DNA of 64,000 bases, from assembly GCF_009834535.1 (NCBI RefSeq), contig NC_045697.1:44828001-44892000 (forward strand), read 5' to 3'. Under the pieces are notes generated by a model. It was not told the origin of the DNA. It was given only the letters and a program-made list of their open reading frames with translations, and searched no databases. Below are positions 1-11,310 of this stretch, piece after piece (the stretch's first letter is position 1; each line of letters starts with the position of its first letter). This stretch comes from Camelus ferus (taxonomy: Eukaryota). Position numbers and translations under genes: made by a program.

Positions 1-2486
1 ATCATTTTCTTCTCGCAAATGACCCTCAGCCTTTGCTCTATCGTCCTTAAGTGTCTGCTCCAACTTGTGTATTTTCCCATATGCGCTTCTTGTTGTTGGC
101 TGAGTCTTTCCTGCATTGAGCCTCTGGCACCCCCAGGAATGATCTGTGCCTCACTTGAAGGAAAATGTAAGGAAAGAGAGAAACTCTATGCAACATTAGT
201 ACAGAGAAGTTTTTAGTGTAGCCGCTAGATTTGGGCAAGTGAAGAAGGAAAAGCCATAAGCTGCAGTTATAGCACCCAAGAGTTAAATTCTATCTGCCCA
301 TGCAGTTCTTACTGGTATCAGGAAGAGTAATTTGGGCCTTTTACATCGTTGTGAGGATCTGAACACTGAATCTAGCTTAAGGGGAAGTTAGAAGTCACTG
401 CTTTCTGGTGGTGACAATTCCCCTTGAAGGTCCTGACAGGAGACAGAGAAGAAATCGGACTCCCTGAAGTGGGGCCCATATTATCTTTCCATCCATGTTA
501 TCTTTTCATGGCTATGAAAGATGCCCAGTGGCTTTCTAGAAGATGTAGCTTGAATAAAAAAATGACAAAACCAACAAGATGAATTTAAAAGAGATGGAGA
601 TCATCTCTACAGACCCCCAACAATGGGGACTCTAGGAGAGCCTACTGTTTTTTTTTTTCCCCCAGGAAAACAAACAAACCTGAATTAGCATTTTTATATT
701 TTGGGTTTTAAAAAATACTATTTTTTTTCTAGAAAGAGGGAAGGTTTTGAGACAAATATTGTTCAAAGGGTCAAATGCCGTGTGTATCAGACTCACTGAC
801 GCTAACTTTTACAGTCAGCTCATTTCTGAATTCTAGCCATGACAGACCCAGAAGGACAAACTGGGCATTGCAGCAATGTAGGTCAAATTCTGTTGCCATA
901 AGCTCCAGGGGACTGGCTGTCCAGTGCCTTTTTTTCCCCTTGAACTTGTGTTATATTGAATGGTATTTGGCAAAAATGAGCCCTGGGCGGAGGCTTTGGG
1001 AGAATATCATGGATTTTTAATGTGACAGCATTTGTTAAGTGGGCATCAGAGTCATTTAATTTTTCACTTACTCCTCTTTTCCCGCACCTGTCCTACCTAA
1101 GCTTGTGTCTCTCCGTGTCACATTTCCTTGTGGCCAAGGGTCTCCTTCAGTTCTGTTTCCTCTCCCTTAATTTTCTAGCACCCTGAGACATTCCAGAAAT
1201 AGAATGCATGCTCAGGCTTGCTTTGGTTGCAGCTGAGCATCTCAAACTCAAAAAAAGGAGTCGACTTCAAGGGCAGTGTAGGCCAACAGCTTTAAGAATC
1301 CCTTTCAAAGAGCAGATATATTCGTATAAATCCTGTGGGAGGTGAGGCCCAAGTGGGATTGCTCAAAGCATCCGCCTTGTATTTCTGGAGCAAAGGAAAA
1401 ATAATAATGCCTCCGAGTACAGCTCTCCTTGTTAAATATTAAATGTGGTCCCAGCCCAACTCCCCTGTGGTTCTCTGAGTTTGGGTGGGTCTCTTCAGGC
1501 TGGTCCTCTAATGGGCTGTTCTCGCCTGTGAGTTAGACCCAGTTTTTCAGAATGACAGTCATTCTACAAGGAGAGCCAATGAGCTTAAACCTAATAGGAG
1601 GTAGAGACGAGGTGAGATTTTTCTGGGAAATGTCATAAAGGATCTATAATAATGCAATTTCTTCTCTTAACAGAATGAAATATTAGCTCTGAAAAGTTCG
1701 TGGCACTTCAGCTTAGAAAAGTCGGTCTGTGTACCCTTGTGTCAGGCTGTTTTGAAGTCAAAACTTTGATTTTTGTGTTCACGGCTTTCTCTAAGTGGCC
1801 TTTTAGTTTAACTAAAACAAAGAAGGTGTTTTGATTTGCATAAATCAAAATCTTCCATGCTTCAGAAATGCTCTAGATAGGATTTCAGAAGGAAAGAATG
1901 AAAATGTATACTTTTCTCCCTTTCCTTGTAATAAAGATGATTCTCTTTGCGGAGGTTGGAAAGTCACAGTTCAGATATGTTTTGCTTTGTCCATTTGAGT
2001 GATTTTTCAAAATACTGAGCTAATATTTCAAAGCATGAGTGTTTTCACATAAATACCTGGATTTGGGGCTTGTCCTGAAAAATTGGAATAACTGGAACCT
2101 TAGTATGGATTTCCAAATGACAATAATCTACCGTAGCTAAGGGGTCACTGCCCCCTCTGAATAGAGCGAGGCCCCTCCAGTTCACCATGTTCCTTACTTT
2201 TCCCCACTGTCTTCCCAACACCCTCCAACTCATGCCTTTCCCTGCTTTTCTGGCCCCAAGAGGCATTTGAGCTTTTGACTTCTATCCTGTGTATAGTATG
2301 CTACTTCTTCCCTTGAAGAGTTCTAAGTCCTTATATAGATATTTTAGCTGAGATTAATCCCGAGCTGTCTTGCAAACGCATTCTATTTAGCAAATTCATT
2401 AATTAGGGTTCAGATTTTCTTAGTAACATCTTAGGCTTCAGCAAAGAATTGCTTTAAGCCTTCTTTGGTTTAAACTTATTTTCTTC

Positions 2487-3080
2487 GATACATGCATCCC
2501 AATGTTCATAGCAGAACTATTTACAATAGCCAAGACAAGGAAGCAACAACCTAAATATCCACTGATAGATGAATGGATGTATATATATATATATATTACT
2601 CAGCCATGAGCAAGAATGAAATAATGGATGGGCCAGGACATTGTCATTCTAAGTGAAGTAAGCCAGAAAGAGAAAGAAAAATACCATATGATATCACTTA
2701 CATGTGGAATCTAAAAAAGAATGACACGAATGAACTTATTTACAAAGTGAAACAGACTCACAGACATAGAAAACAAACTTATGGTTACTAAGGTAGAAAG
2801 AGGGGTGGAGGGATAAGCTGGGAGTTTGAAATTTGCAGATACACACTACTACATATAAAATAGATAAACAACAAGGTCCTACCGTATAGCACAGGGAACT
2901 ATATTGTTGAATATAGTAATTCAATAATATTTAATTATTGTAATAGCATATAATGAAAAAGAATACGAAAAGGAGTATATATGTATAACTGAACCACTGC
3001 GCTATACACCAGAAACTAACACAATATTTTAAACTGTCTATAATTCAATAATAATAAAAAAACAAAGCTCAAGGAAAAAA
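2487..3080 (+). mobile_element. 5'-truncated LINE-1 (end of ORF2, 3'UTR, A-rich tail), artiodactyl/camelid type
   Basis: Starts gatacatgcatcccaatgttcatagcag, typical of the L1 ORF2 end, then 3'UTR motifs (acagactcacagacatagaaaacaaacttatggttac) and an A-rich tail. Flanked by TSD taaacttattttc at 2471-2483 and 3081-3093. Confidence 0.92.
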
Positions 3081-3157
3081 TAAACTTATTTTCATCTAGT
3101 GTATTATGGTATTTAAGACTTTTTTAGTAAAAGATAATTCCATGTTATCACTCTTCT

Positions 3158-3196
3158 GATGAGATAGGGCGCGTTCAGGGTGGTATGGCTGTAGAC
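3158..3196 (-). pseudogene. 3'-truncated (tailless) 5S rRNA retropseudogene, nt 1-39 of 5S
   Basis: Reverse complement gtctacagccataccaccctgaacgcgccctatctcatc matches the vertebrate 5S 5' end GTCTACGGCCATACCACCCTGAACGCGCCCGATCTCGTC with 3 mismatches. Flanked by direct repeat tgttatcactcttct at 3143-3157 and 3198-3212. Confidence 0.93.
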
Positions 3197-3580
3197 GTGT
3201 TATCACTCTTCTTTTTCCCACCAGGCGCTTGACTTACAGAACAGCAGTTCTGCATTCTAGTTAAGCTAAGAATAAATCTCCTTTAAAATGAAACTAAGGA
3301 CAGGAGTCCACTACATAAATATGGTAGCTTCTGCATAATGACATTAGTCCAAGTCCCAATATTATTCCGGACACAAATTTTGCAAACAAAAATATTCTCA
3401 AACCTTAAGAACTCAATCATAAAACAACCAAAATGGGGAAGAAATAGAAGAGAGAAATAAGATAGTCCACAAAAGGAAGGAGTAGCAAGGGAAATCTGGA
3501 CATTAAAATGCAAATGATAGGTTTCTGGGAGGCAGCTGCCTGAGCTGATGGGTCCAGAAGCATAGCGTCACCGCCACAAG

Positions 3581-3755
3581 CAGGTCTAGATCTAGAATGA
3601 GGTGAGTGAGGTAAGCACAGTATTTGAGAGGGTGCCGAGAAACCTAGTAATCATGATGAACACTTTCAGATAACGTAATCTTTTAAAATGTTAATGCACT
3701 ATTTTATAAATCAAAATTAATGTTTTTTTAAAAAAAAACTATGATGGATAACATG
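3581..3755. mobile_element. hAT-type DNA transposon fossil (MER96-like)
   Basis: Motifs tagtaatcatgatgaa...ttaatgcactattttataaatcaaaattaatg...atgatggataac resemble the recalled MER96 consensus. Confidence 0.45.
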
Positions 3756-3787
3756 GTCTTGTTGGCCAACAGGCTGAAATCTGGCCA

Positions 3788-4030
3788 GCATTTAGGAGCT
3801 ACCCTATGCCAGGTATGGTGCTAAGCACTTTTCATGCTTTTTGAAAAAAATTAATATACAGAACAACTTCGTAAGTTCTATTATTTCCTATGTATCTCCA
3901 CATTTTATGGATGAGAAAACTGAGGCTTAATGATGGTGAGTAACTTACTCAGGTTAAAGCTAATAAGTGACAGGGCCAAGATCCAGGCAGTTTGACTCTA
4001 GAAGCTACTTAGTCCACGGTACCATACCAC
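3788..4030 (-). mobile_element. MIR SINE
   Basis: Antisense MIR core: cattttatggatgagaaaactgaggctt...taacttactcaggtt...ccaggcagtttgactctaga. Confidence 0.85.
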
Positions 4031-4296
4031 CCACATCTGCTGGGGTGGCTCAGCCCCCAGATCATCAAGTTCTGTGCTTGCTGATGTGCCTCTGCTCTCC
4101 TGGTGTTCCTCCTGGATCAGGGATACAGTCATGAGCTCAGAGAGGCCATGTGTAGGTGACTGGCTCAGAGGAACTGAATTAATTTGATGGGAAGACGTAG
4201 CTTATTGGTTTTTCTATACTATGTGGTTTCTGTTCAATCTGATGTTGGGAGAGAGGAAGGAAGAGACAAAGGAGGAGAGGGGAAGAGAGAGAATCA

Positions 4297-4298
<2 letters not shown>

Positions 4299-4336
<38 letters not shown>
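4299..4336. repeat. (AC)19 microsatellite
   Basis: Perfect AC run visible in the sequence. Confidence 0.98.
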
Positions 4337-4338
<2 letters not shown>

Positions 4339-5498
4339 CTAAAGACAGTGAGACCAAGGCAATCAATACATCTGTTGTTGGAAGAGGCAAGAGCAAAGAG
4401 GAAGAGGCTGTTTCACCATAAGGTTCAGGCCCAGAATGGAGAGTGAGGGAACCCTGCAGCTGAAGGGGACCCACACAGCTCAGCCCTAGAACTGCAGGGA
4501 AACGGTGCTCCAGTGTGTCTGAGCTCACTCAGGCCTGTTTTCTGGCTTCTTTACTGTGTGTACTTCACTACATAACCTCCTCATCGTAATAGACAGCCGG
4601 AGGTGTTTACCACAACCCAGAATAGCCCATCAGGCTGTTGTTCCCAGTCTCACAGTCCTCTGCTCCCAGTTTGAGTTGTCCTGTCTTCCTATCCTTTCAC
4701 TGTCTTCCCCCCTTTTCCTGGCCATCCCACCTCCTCTAGCCGTCATTACACTGATGGAAGAGTCTTCATCAGTGGAATGACCTTGATTTTTCCTTTTGCA
4801 ATGCTTCATGTAACTGTACAGAGCTCAGCTGTCTGTGATGCTTCAGCTGATTCTCCAGATGCTTCATTATCTGTCAGATTCTCCATGCCTGCAGGGCTGG
4901 AACGGGTAAGGAGCTGAGAGGGCTGGCCAAGGAGGGGGCAGGGTCTGAGAATGCACGGGTAGGTAAGAAAGTTCAGTTAAATTAGCCGTACCCTGTAAGC
5001 ACATCTGCTCATTTTATTAGCATATTTACCATAGAATATTTACCTTCAACTTCACACTTGCTGCTACTGCTGTGACCAGATTTAATATACATATGGTAGA
5101 TTTTTCAATACCACTCAGCTCACTAAAAATAATACCGTCTAACTGAGTCGTTCTTGGTCCTATTGGATCCAGTGACCACTTTAGGCAGTAAATGTTTAAC
5201 AAACATTTTGTAATGACTCCTTTACTATTTGTATGGATAATATAACCTGTTTACACATACTTTAAGAAATGCTCCAACTGTACAAAAAATTAAAAGAAAG
5301 TAAATAAAGTAAATGTAAATTCTTAGGTAGAACTATATCAGAGACATAAAAGATTGTGAGATATTTTCATCTCTTTTTTTAGAATCATTGAGAATGAGAC
5401 TGTGAATAATGCAGACTGAGCAGGTGTTCTATCTTAGCCACTCAAAACCCAGGATCCTTGTCATCACAGTCAGTGATATGATTTCTCCAAATGGTGAC

Positions 5499-5944
5499 TG
5501 TGCTAAGCAGAGTAATGGCCTTGCCAAGGATGTCTATTTGCCAATTTCTGGAAACTGAACACGTTACCTTATGTGATATAAGGTGCTTTGCAGATATTAA
5601 GTTCAGGATCTCGAGATGGAGATCGTATACTGAATTATCCCTGTGGGCCCAGTGTCAACCCAAGGGTCCTCATAAGAGACAGACAGGAATGTCAGAGGCA
5701 GAGAAGGTGGGACAGTGGAAGAAGAGGTTGGAGTGGTACGGGGCCTTGAGCCAAGGAGTGTGGGCAGCCTTTAGAAGCTGGAAAAGGAAAGAAAAGGGAT
5801 TCTCCACAGAACCTGCAGAAGGAACACAGCTGTGAAGACCACTGTAGACTTCTGATCTCTAAAGTTGACAGATGATAAATATGTGTTGTTTGAAGCCACT
5901 AAGTTCGTGATCATCTCTTACAGCAGCAAAAAGAAACTAATACA
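5499..5944 (+). mobile_element. MaLR solo LTR (MLT1C/D-like)
   Basis: TG...CA termini, MLT1 motifs (taatggcc...gttaccttatgtg...tttgcagat; ttgtttgaagccactaagtt...acagcagcaaaaagaaactaataca), and a perfect 5-bp TSD gtgac at 5494-5498 and 5945-5949. Confidence 0.9.
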
Positions 5945-6345
5945 GTGACCAACTCTTGGAAAATACCACACTATCAAAGTTCAATCTTTATAAAATTTAT
6001 ATGATTGTTTCCTTTCTGGAAAATTTATTGCATAGTCAAAGTGTGCAAAAATACTTTGTGATGATATGTAAAATGGAGCTTGATTCTAGACTGAAATGAC
6101 TATAAACACAGTTTTCATCGTGTTACCAGGTCTTCTGTTTTTTCACTCTTATCCTCTCCCTTCTCTTCTCTCACCCATCGTAGTTTCTCGTTTATATTTG
6201 GTGTGACTTCCTGCTTGTTGTGAGATCTCCTTGCTTTGTGGCTTCACCTTCCCTTTGCAGAGTAGTTTTTCAAGATCTTTTCCACGAACTCAGTTCCCTC
6301 CCTAAGGCTACCAGCTGTTACTGTTCTTGTTCGAGGAATGTCCTC

Positions 6346-6492
6346 TTTTTTAAAAAATTTTTTCTTTATTTTGTTTTGGGGGGGGTAGTTAAATTTTTAA
6401 AATTCATTTATTTTAATGGAGGTATTGGGGATTGAACCCAGGACCTCGTGTATGCTAGGCACACACTCTACCCCTGAGCTATACCTTCCCCC
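6346..6492 (-). mobile_element. tRNA-Ala-derived camelid SINE (Vic-1-like)
   Basis: Reverse complement begins ggggaaggtatagctcaggggtagagtgtgtgcctagcatacacgaggtcctgggttcaatccccaatacctcca (A and B boxes), followed by an A-rich tail. Confidence 0.88.
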
Positions 6493-6689
6493 TCAACATA
6501 CTCTTCCTTTAGCTTAAAATGACCTTCAGGCTCCAGTCCTGGGTTTGACTGATGCCTGGTGACCCTTCAAAACTCAAGAGCCCTCATTTCAAGCAGCTCC
6601 TTTGACCTCCACTGGCACAGGTAGTCCTCCTCTTGGGTTTTCATTGGCCCCTGAACTTACTTGTCTTTATCACCTGTTTTTGTTTTTTG

Positions 6690-6805
6690 CTATGTGCAGA
6701 TACTGTACCAAGCACTTCAGATATATTTTGTCATTTCTATCATACACCAATCCTATGAGCTAGCTAGGTTTTACAGATGGGGACATTGAGATTCAGAGAG
6801 TAAAC
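6690..6805 (-). mobile_element. MIR fragment
   Basis: ttttacagatggggacattgagattcagagag resembles the antisense MIR core. Confidence 0.6.
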
Positions 6806-7171
6806 ATTTAAAATCTAAAAATTAAAAAGAAGAGAATTCCTGTTCTTAGAATTCTTTATGTTCCTGAAAGGTTAAATTTCAGTGAATTACATTGAAAAGG
6901 ATGAAATGTTTACTTTTTACTTATTAGTAACCATTTATTGTGCTTGTATATACATAGAGGAAAGTTTCCACATGCTTTAGGATGCCTGTTTTTAGAGTGA
7001 GTGAATGGTTTATTTTATCCATTTGTATCATTAGAACTTATTGCAAGATCAATTAGTGAAGTCAAATTTTTTTGGCTTTCGTGTATAAATTCTACTTTGT
7101 ATGGTGGTTTAAACGTTTTCTAGGCCCATTACTTGTTTTTATACGTAATTTTTCATGTGTAGGTACAAATT

Positions 7172-7745
7172 TAACTCATTCACATGTTGAATTGGTCCAT
7201 ACTCACTGAGGGTTACTCTGAACCAGCTTCTGTTCTAGGGACTGAGGACACGGCAGTGAACAAGAAAGACCATGGAGCTTAGGGTTTAGTGGGGAATATA
7301 TTCAACAATACATTGAGTGGCCATCAACTAAGAGAGAAAGAAGGCAGGATAAAGAGATAGAAAGTGGTAGGGGGTTCTCATTTTATAGTCAAAGAAGGCC
7401 ACTCTGAGGGGCTGTTGTGTGAGCATTTGCCTGAATGAAGTAAGGGGAAACGCCTCGCGAATATCTGATGACTTGTGTTCCAGAAGGTAATTTGTAATTT
7501 GTCTGCAATAGTTTGGACTTTATTTTAAAATCAGAGTTAATCATATCAGAAGTACTTATTGAGCAGGTACTTGGTGCTTGGTGGGTGAGGGGGGCTGTTG
7601 GATGACAGGGAAACATGAGATCTGACCTCGAGCACCTCACTGACAGCTTCAGCGGGAGTGGAGAACGATGGACATAAACATATCAAATGGCGACGCAGCA
7701 TAGAATTGTTTGGTGCTGAACTGTGTGACACAGAGTCTAGAGTGC
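7172..7745 (-). mobile_element. L2 3'-end fragments
   Basis: tgttctagggactgaggacacggcagtgaacaagaaagac...catggagctta and agtcaaagaaggccactctgag...gcctgaatgaagtaagggg are L2-like antisense motifs. A second L2 end lies near 7550-7745. Confidence 0.7.
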
Positions 7746-8133
7746 ATCTTACATCTTCAGAAGTGAACATCTAATTTTACTAGATTCAAACATTTTTAAA
7801 GACAAAGCAGTAGAATAAAACCAGAGGTGGAAAAAATAATGTTCTGTAATGGAACTTTAGTTCTCACTCCTGGAGGGATTTCCTTTTCTTGGGAGGTTAT
7901 TTATGTATTTGGAAATACAGTGCTAGTTGGGGATGGCAAACTCTGTTGGGAAATCAGACAATTGATTTGCTGTCTGTGGCATCCTAAGCAGTGGCAGCTA
8001 TCCTTGTACTGTGTCACTGCAGGATGAGGGGAGGGTAGCAATGCCTTCTTTCCCCTGCCTCTCCTCCCCATCGCTCCCCTGTGCTATGAAGAAGTGGGAG
8101 TTGTGGTCTTAATTTAGACTTTTTAAAAAACCA

Positions 8134-8318
8134 CCTTTATTGTGGTATGATTCCTGTACAGTCAACTACACATATTTCAGATGTACAATTTGTTGGATTT
8201 TGATAGGTGTATACACCTATGAAACCGCCACCACTCTCCATCACTCCCCAAAAGGTGCAAATCTTGAATTCCCAATTTATCCCTTCCCCACTTCTTTACC
8301 CCCTGGTAACCATAAGTT
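8134..8318 (-). mobile_element. Composite L1 fragment: old L1M 3' end (8134-8256) joined to a young L1 3'UTR piece (8257-8318)
   Basis: tttattgtggtatga...atgtacaatttg...gaaaccgccaccac is old L1M-like. The next segment gcaaatcttgaattcccaatttatcccttcccc...ggtaaccataagtt matches the young L1 copy at about 15042-15100. Confidence 0.7.
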
Positions 8319-9192
8319 AGACTTAAAATCAAATTGGAACTGTCCACTGTCTAGCACAGAACTCTCAATAATGGTTCCTGTTCTGGGCTCTCAATAAACA
8401 GCTTGTGACTGGAATACCAATATGCTAACTGTATTTGGGCCGGTGGAGCTATGACATTCTGTATATTTTCCAAGTTTCCTGTTTTCCACAAATCCCAATT
8501 GCTCATAACACAGTTTCTGATTGTACTTCAGTTTCTGATGCTATTACCACTGAAATTTGAAAAAAGGAAAAAATACTGGGGGGATTCAAACAAATCATTG
8601 GATTTATTACGTTAAAAAGTGCTTGTTCAGTTTGCACAATAGACTTTTCTCTGCTAAATTTAATTTTTGCATCAAAGACTCATTCTTGAATAAATTTTTT
8701 CTTTTCTTTTGATCCTGAGTATCATTGCAAGCATTAATTATAATACCTGGTGTTTACACAATGATTTTCACCTCAAATTGTAGAAACATATGTTTAAATT
8801 CAGCAATCTCTTAAACTTAAGCGTAGGCAGCAAGTATTTACATGTTATAGAATAACTTGGAGGTTAGGTGATTACAACAACAGACCAGATACATTTTTCT
8901 TTGTCCTGATTGGAAATACAGCTTTTTGCAAAACCGCCTAGTCTGTTCACAAAGCTGTTCCTAAGGATGCCAATGAGAAGGCTTGCTGAAATAACATTTA
9001 AGTGCTGCTACAAACCTGAGTCAGAAGGTTTTCCTTGTGGTTTTGATTTGTAATTTCATGAGCTGCAAAATCAAAGACTAGATTCCCCCTCATTTTGTTC
9101 TCTGGTGTTAGAATTTCAGGCAATGATCTGGATGTGCTGCTTCTCACATGGACGCCTTCGATTATATGGGATCTTTGCTGCCATGTTTAGAA

Positions 9193-9614
9193 TGTCGAGG
9201 TGCTGGTTCCAGTCCCGTTTGCCTGCGTGTGCCTTCCTTGCCCTTCCTCTGCTCTGTGACCCCCTGTGACGGGGGTCGAACCTGGCGGGCTGGATTGGTG
9301 CCCAGGCTCCTCCTTGTCAGTTGGTCTTTGGAAGGGGTCCACCAATGGAGGAAACTGGAGGTTGGGGGGAGGATGGAAGAGGCAGGGCCCTGGCTCCTCC
9401 GGGGCACCCTGGCTGCCTCCTCCTGCCTCCATCGTCTAGCCTGCGGCTGGTCGTGGCTTTCAGCTGCTGTAAACTCTGGGCTGCCTCTCTCTCCTGTCTG
9501 GTTTCTCAGCAGCTCTTCCATCGCGGTGCCACTGCCTCTCTTCCTCTTACGGAAGTCCCTGTTGTAGGTGTGTACTGTGGTTTCTGATTTCCTCATTAGA
9601 CCTTGATTGATACA
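9193..9614 (+). mobile_element. ERVL solo LTR (LTR33-like)
   Basis: cccttcctctgctctgtg...ccaatggaggaaactggagg and the terminus ttctgatttcctcattagaccttgattgataca resemble LTR33. Accounts for the overlapping GC-rich ORFs at 9148-9596. Confidence 0.7.
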
Positions 9615-10191
9615 GGTCTCAGTTCTCAGGGATGATTGCCAACAGAATGAACCATCATCTTTGTGAGAATTTTCAGAAAATTAACGTTCATAGAATTTAC
9701 ATCACTTTAGACCTTGATGAACAGGGTACTATGGGCAAAGTGAGAAAATAATTGTATCATTTTGTAGGCAGGTACTTCTGATGAACTATTTTATATGCTG
9801 CTATCAAATGAGACGTGTTAATTGCATCGACCTGTGAGTTTCTTTATTGTCCACCTTGGATTTATAGCACTTTGTAATTAGTGAAGGATATTAAGTGGTA
9901 TAAAGTGACACTGCTAAAATGTATTAATTGAAGTATTTAAAAGTTTATACCTAAAAGCACAATATCTTTGTCCTCATCTGAGGCAGACACACTTCTTGGT
10001 AGTATTGCTAGAAGATCGACTGAGAGATAAGTTTACATGATGTTTCTGAAACACAGGAAGAATGTCTATCCCGGATGAGTGGCCAGCATTAATAAGTAAG
10101 TGGTTAGTATGTCGTGTCTCCTGCATTTCTTTAGCTACGTGGTGTTCTGCAGTGGGAAACCACCAGACTAGGAATCATGAACTATGGATCT

Positions 10192-10617
10192 TATCTTGGG
10201 TAGGGTTCACTAGAGACAGGGATGTGTGAATGATTTATTGAGTGAAGGACTTGTAAGGAAGTGAGAGAAAGGGACAGGGCAGGGGAAGAAGATTAGCAAA
10301 GATGGGTTTCAACTGAAATCTAGCCTCATCCTGATCACACGGGGAGCTTGGGGGCATGAATGACACCAAGAGAAGTCCCATCCTGAGATGAGATGGCTGG
10401 GCTTTGGTGGCCCTTTGTCTGTCAGTTATTAACTCTGGGAAGCCCTAGAGTAGGGTGGAAGTACACGCCCTCCCAGGCATTGATGTCCACGGACGGCAAT
10501 TCTCTGGAGAAAGGTGTAGCTGTGAGCTCTTAGCAGCAACACCTAGAGCAGCTGAGAGATGGAGAAACTGACCTGATAAAGGAGATCTGTGTGGGGTACC
10601 CACAGCACCTGCGATCA
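10192..10617 (-). mobile_element. ERVL solo LTR (LTR16-like), apparently splitting a MIR
   Basis: Begins tcttgggtagggttc...tgatttattgag (antisense poly(A) signal) and ends gtgagctcttagcagcaacacc...gggtacccacagcacctgc. MIR-like pieces lie at about 10140-10190 and 10690-10870. Confidence 0.75.
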
Positions 10618-10901
10618 GTATCAGGACACACAGTACCCTGTCCACACCACGTACAGATCCTTTGTTACTGGATGAGACACAACCGCTCCAAGCCTCAGCT
10701 TCCTTGTTTGTTTAAAAATGGAAAAGACTGGGAGTTGGTAATAACAACCACCCTGTCACTTTCCTTGTCACTCATAAGTGTGATATTTCTTTATTTGACA
10801 GAAATAGAGTGCCGTGGAAATAAGTATTGTTTCCCTGAGTAGCTAGTCTGTAGGAGAGAGGGCAGTGTAAGGTTGTAAAGTTAACTTGAGAACTCGAGTT
10901 T

Positions 10902-11098
10902 AATAGATAAACAGGGTCATACTGTTTAGCATAGGGAACCATATTCAATACCTTGTAATAGCCTATGATAAAAAATATGAAAAGGAATATATATATAAAT
11001 GTGTGTGTGCATGTATAAAACTGAATCACTATGCTGTACACCAGAAACTAGCACAGCATTGTAAACTGACTATACTTCAATATAAAAAAAAGAAAGAA
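10902..11098 (+). mobile_element. Short LINE-1 3' end, artiodactyl type
   Basis: aatagataaacagggtcatactgtttagcatagggaac...ctgaatcactatgctgtacaccagaaactagcacagcattgtaaa plus an A tail. Degenerate TSD gagaactcgagtttaa / gaaaactgcagtttaa. Confidence 0.9.
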
Positions 11099-11139
11099 AA
11101 CTGCAGTTTAACATGATCGTGCTCTTCCCTTGGATTTCT

Positions 11140-11310
11140 GAAAACTGTCTGAAACAAGGAGGTAGTTTATTTTGGAGGTGATCCTAGCAGGCAGGACTGA
11201 GCGGGTGGGGTGGGGGAGTCAGGGACGGGGGAACAGCCAGTGGACAGGTGTGCCACTGGGGTCCGTGCAGGGCTGTGGGTTGAGCTCAGTCACACACCGA
11301 AGGGAAGGTG
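11140..11310 (-). mobile_element. Degraded ERVL LTR fragment (LTR16/LTR67-like)
   Basis: ctgaaacaaggaggtagtttattttggaggtgatcctagcaggcaggactga resembles an antisense ERVL LTR end. Confidence 0.45.

Noticed and set aside
4214..4528. ORFs with HTHT/CVCV runs (also at 29461, 43465, 62252 and 62341)
   Set aside because: These are translations of CA/TG microsatellites.
5000..6130. AT-rich sequence on both sides of the MLT1 LTR that may be a Tigger/hAT fossil
   Set aside because: I could not identify terminal repeats or a family with confidence. It needs a Dfam search.
6415..6492. tRNA-Ala-like sequence as a tRNA gene (also the three other copies)
   Set aside because: The copies are diverged, tailed, and in some cases TSD-flanked, so they are SINE heads rather than tRNA genes.
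9148..9596. Four overlapping ORFs on both strands
   Set aside because: They coincide with a GC-rich LTR33-like element that has few stop codons.
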